NCBI GenBank assembly: GCA_964511955.1
Contig: CAZEGO010000002.1
Span: 1 to 33,356 of the forward strand
Length of the DNA stretch: 33,356 bases
Reading direction: 5' to 3'
Source: an uncultured Planctomycetia bacterium
Lineage (GTDB): Bacteria > Omnitrophota > Gorgyraeia > Gorgyraeales > Gorgyraeaceae
The translations under genes were made by a program, and so were the position numbers. This document shows, one piece after another, positions 33,318 through 33,356 of this stretch. Position 1 is the stretch's first letter, and the number at the start of each line of letters is the position of its first letter. The notes under the pieces were generated by a model. That model was not told the DNA's origin. It ran no database searches and saw only the letters and a program-made list of their open reading frames with translations.

Positions 33318-33346
33318 TTGACTGACACTACGATTTGTTTTAGTAT
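33318..33346 (+). promoter_or_regulatory. Candidate outward-facing promoter at the right window edge
   Basis: TTGACT (33318..33323), a 17-nt spacer, then TAGTAT (33341..33346). It points rightward out of the window, divergent from the TA cassettes. Confidence 0.3.
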
Positions 33347-33356
33347 ATTTACATAT

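Overview
A 33.4-kb chromosomal segment from a moderately AT-rich bacterium whose gene content suggests an anaerobe. Nearly all genes lie on the minus strand and are tightly packed. I saw no rRNA, tRNA, CRISPR array, transposase or integrase. (1) 1-12.7 kb holds housekeeping, transport and signalling genes: a CPA-type antiporter fragment, Fpg/MutM, a P-type Ca2+-ATPase, a PfkB-type sugar kinase, a response-regulator/PAS-histidine-kinase/CheY trio, a glycine-zipper lipoprotein, a PRTase, an HPF::cold-shock-domain fusion, a gene split at an A6 tract, and an EncFtn-like mini-ferritin. (2) 13.7-22.2 kb is a visibly AT-richer, overlapping, co-directional block: MATE exporter, beta-carbonic-anhydrase-like protein, GT2::radical-SAM fusion, 453-aa NTase-like protein, unannotated 46-aa TM ORF, GT4, HPr-kinase-like P-loop protein and a radical SAM/SPASM enzyme. 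No substrate or precursor gene is recognisable. This is my best candidate for an undescribed biosynthetic or tailoring system. (3) 22.3-30.6 kb holds metal and redox genes: Er-VIT1, an FMN-binding protein, a Zn-ribbon TrmO-like protein, a ZraP/Spy-like protein and an unannotated Cys-rich 38-aa ORF. It also holds a Fur-family regulator with two 7-1-7 operators, one on its own leader and one in front of an eight-gene DUF5320/MBL/thioredoxin/Mrp/J-domain/methyltransferase/NADH-oxidase operon. (4) 30.7-33.4 kb is an AT-rich accessory tail with an orphan small ORF and two unrelated type II TA modules (AbrB/RelE-like and RHH/Doc). The two modules share a conserved 3' repeat (about 89% identity over a 75-nt core), a near-identical -10/leader/SD and a recurring GGGAGGG box. 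All calls rest on reading the sequence and the ORF translations, and no database search was possible.
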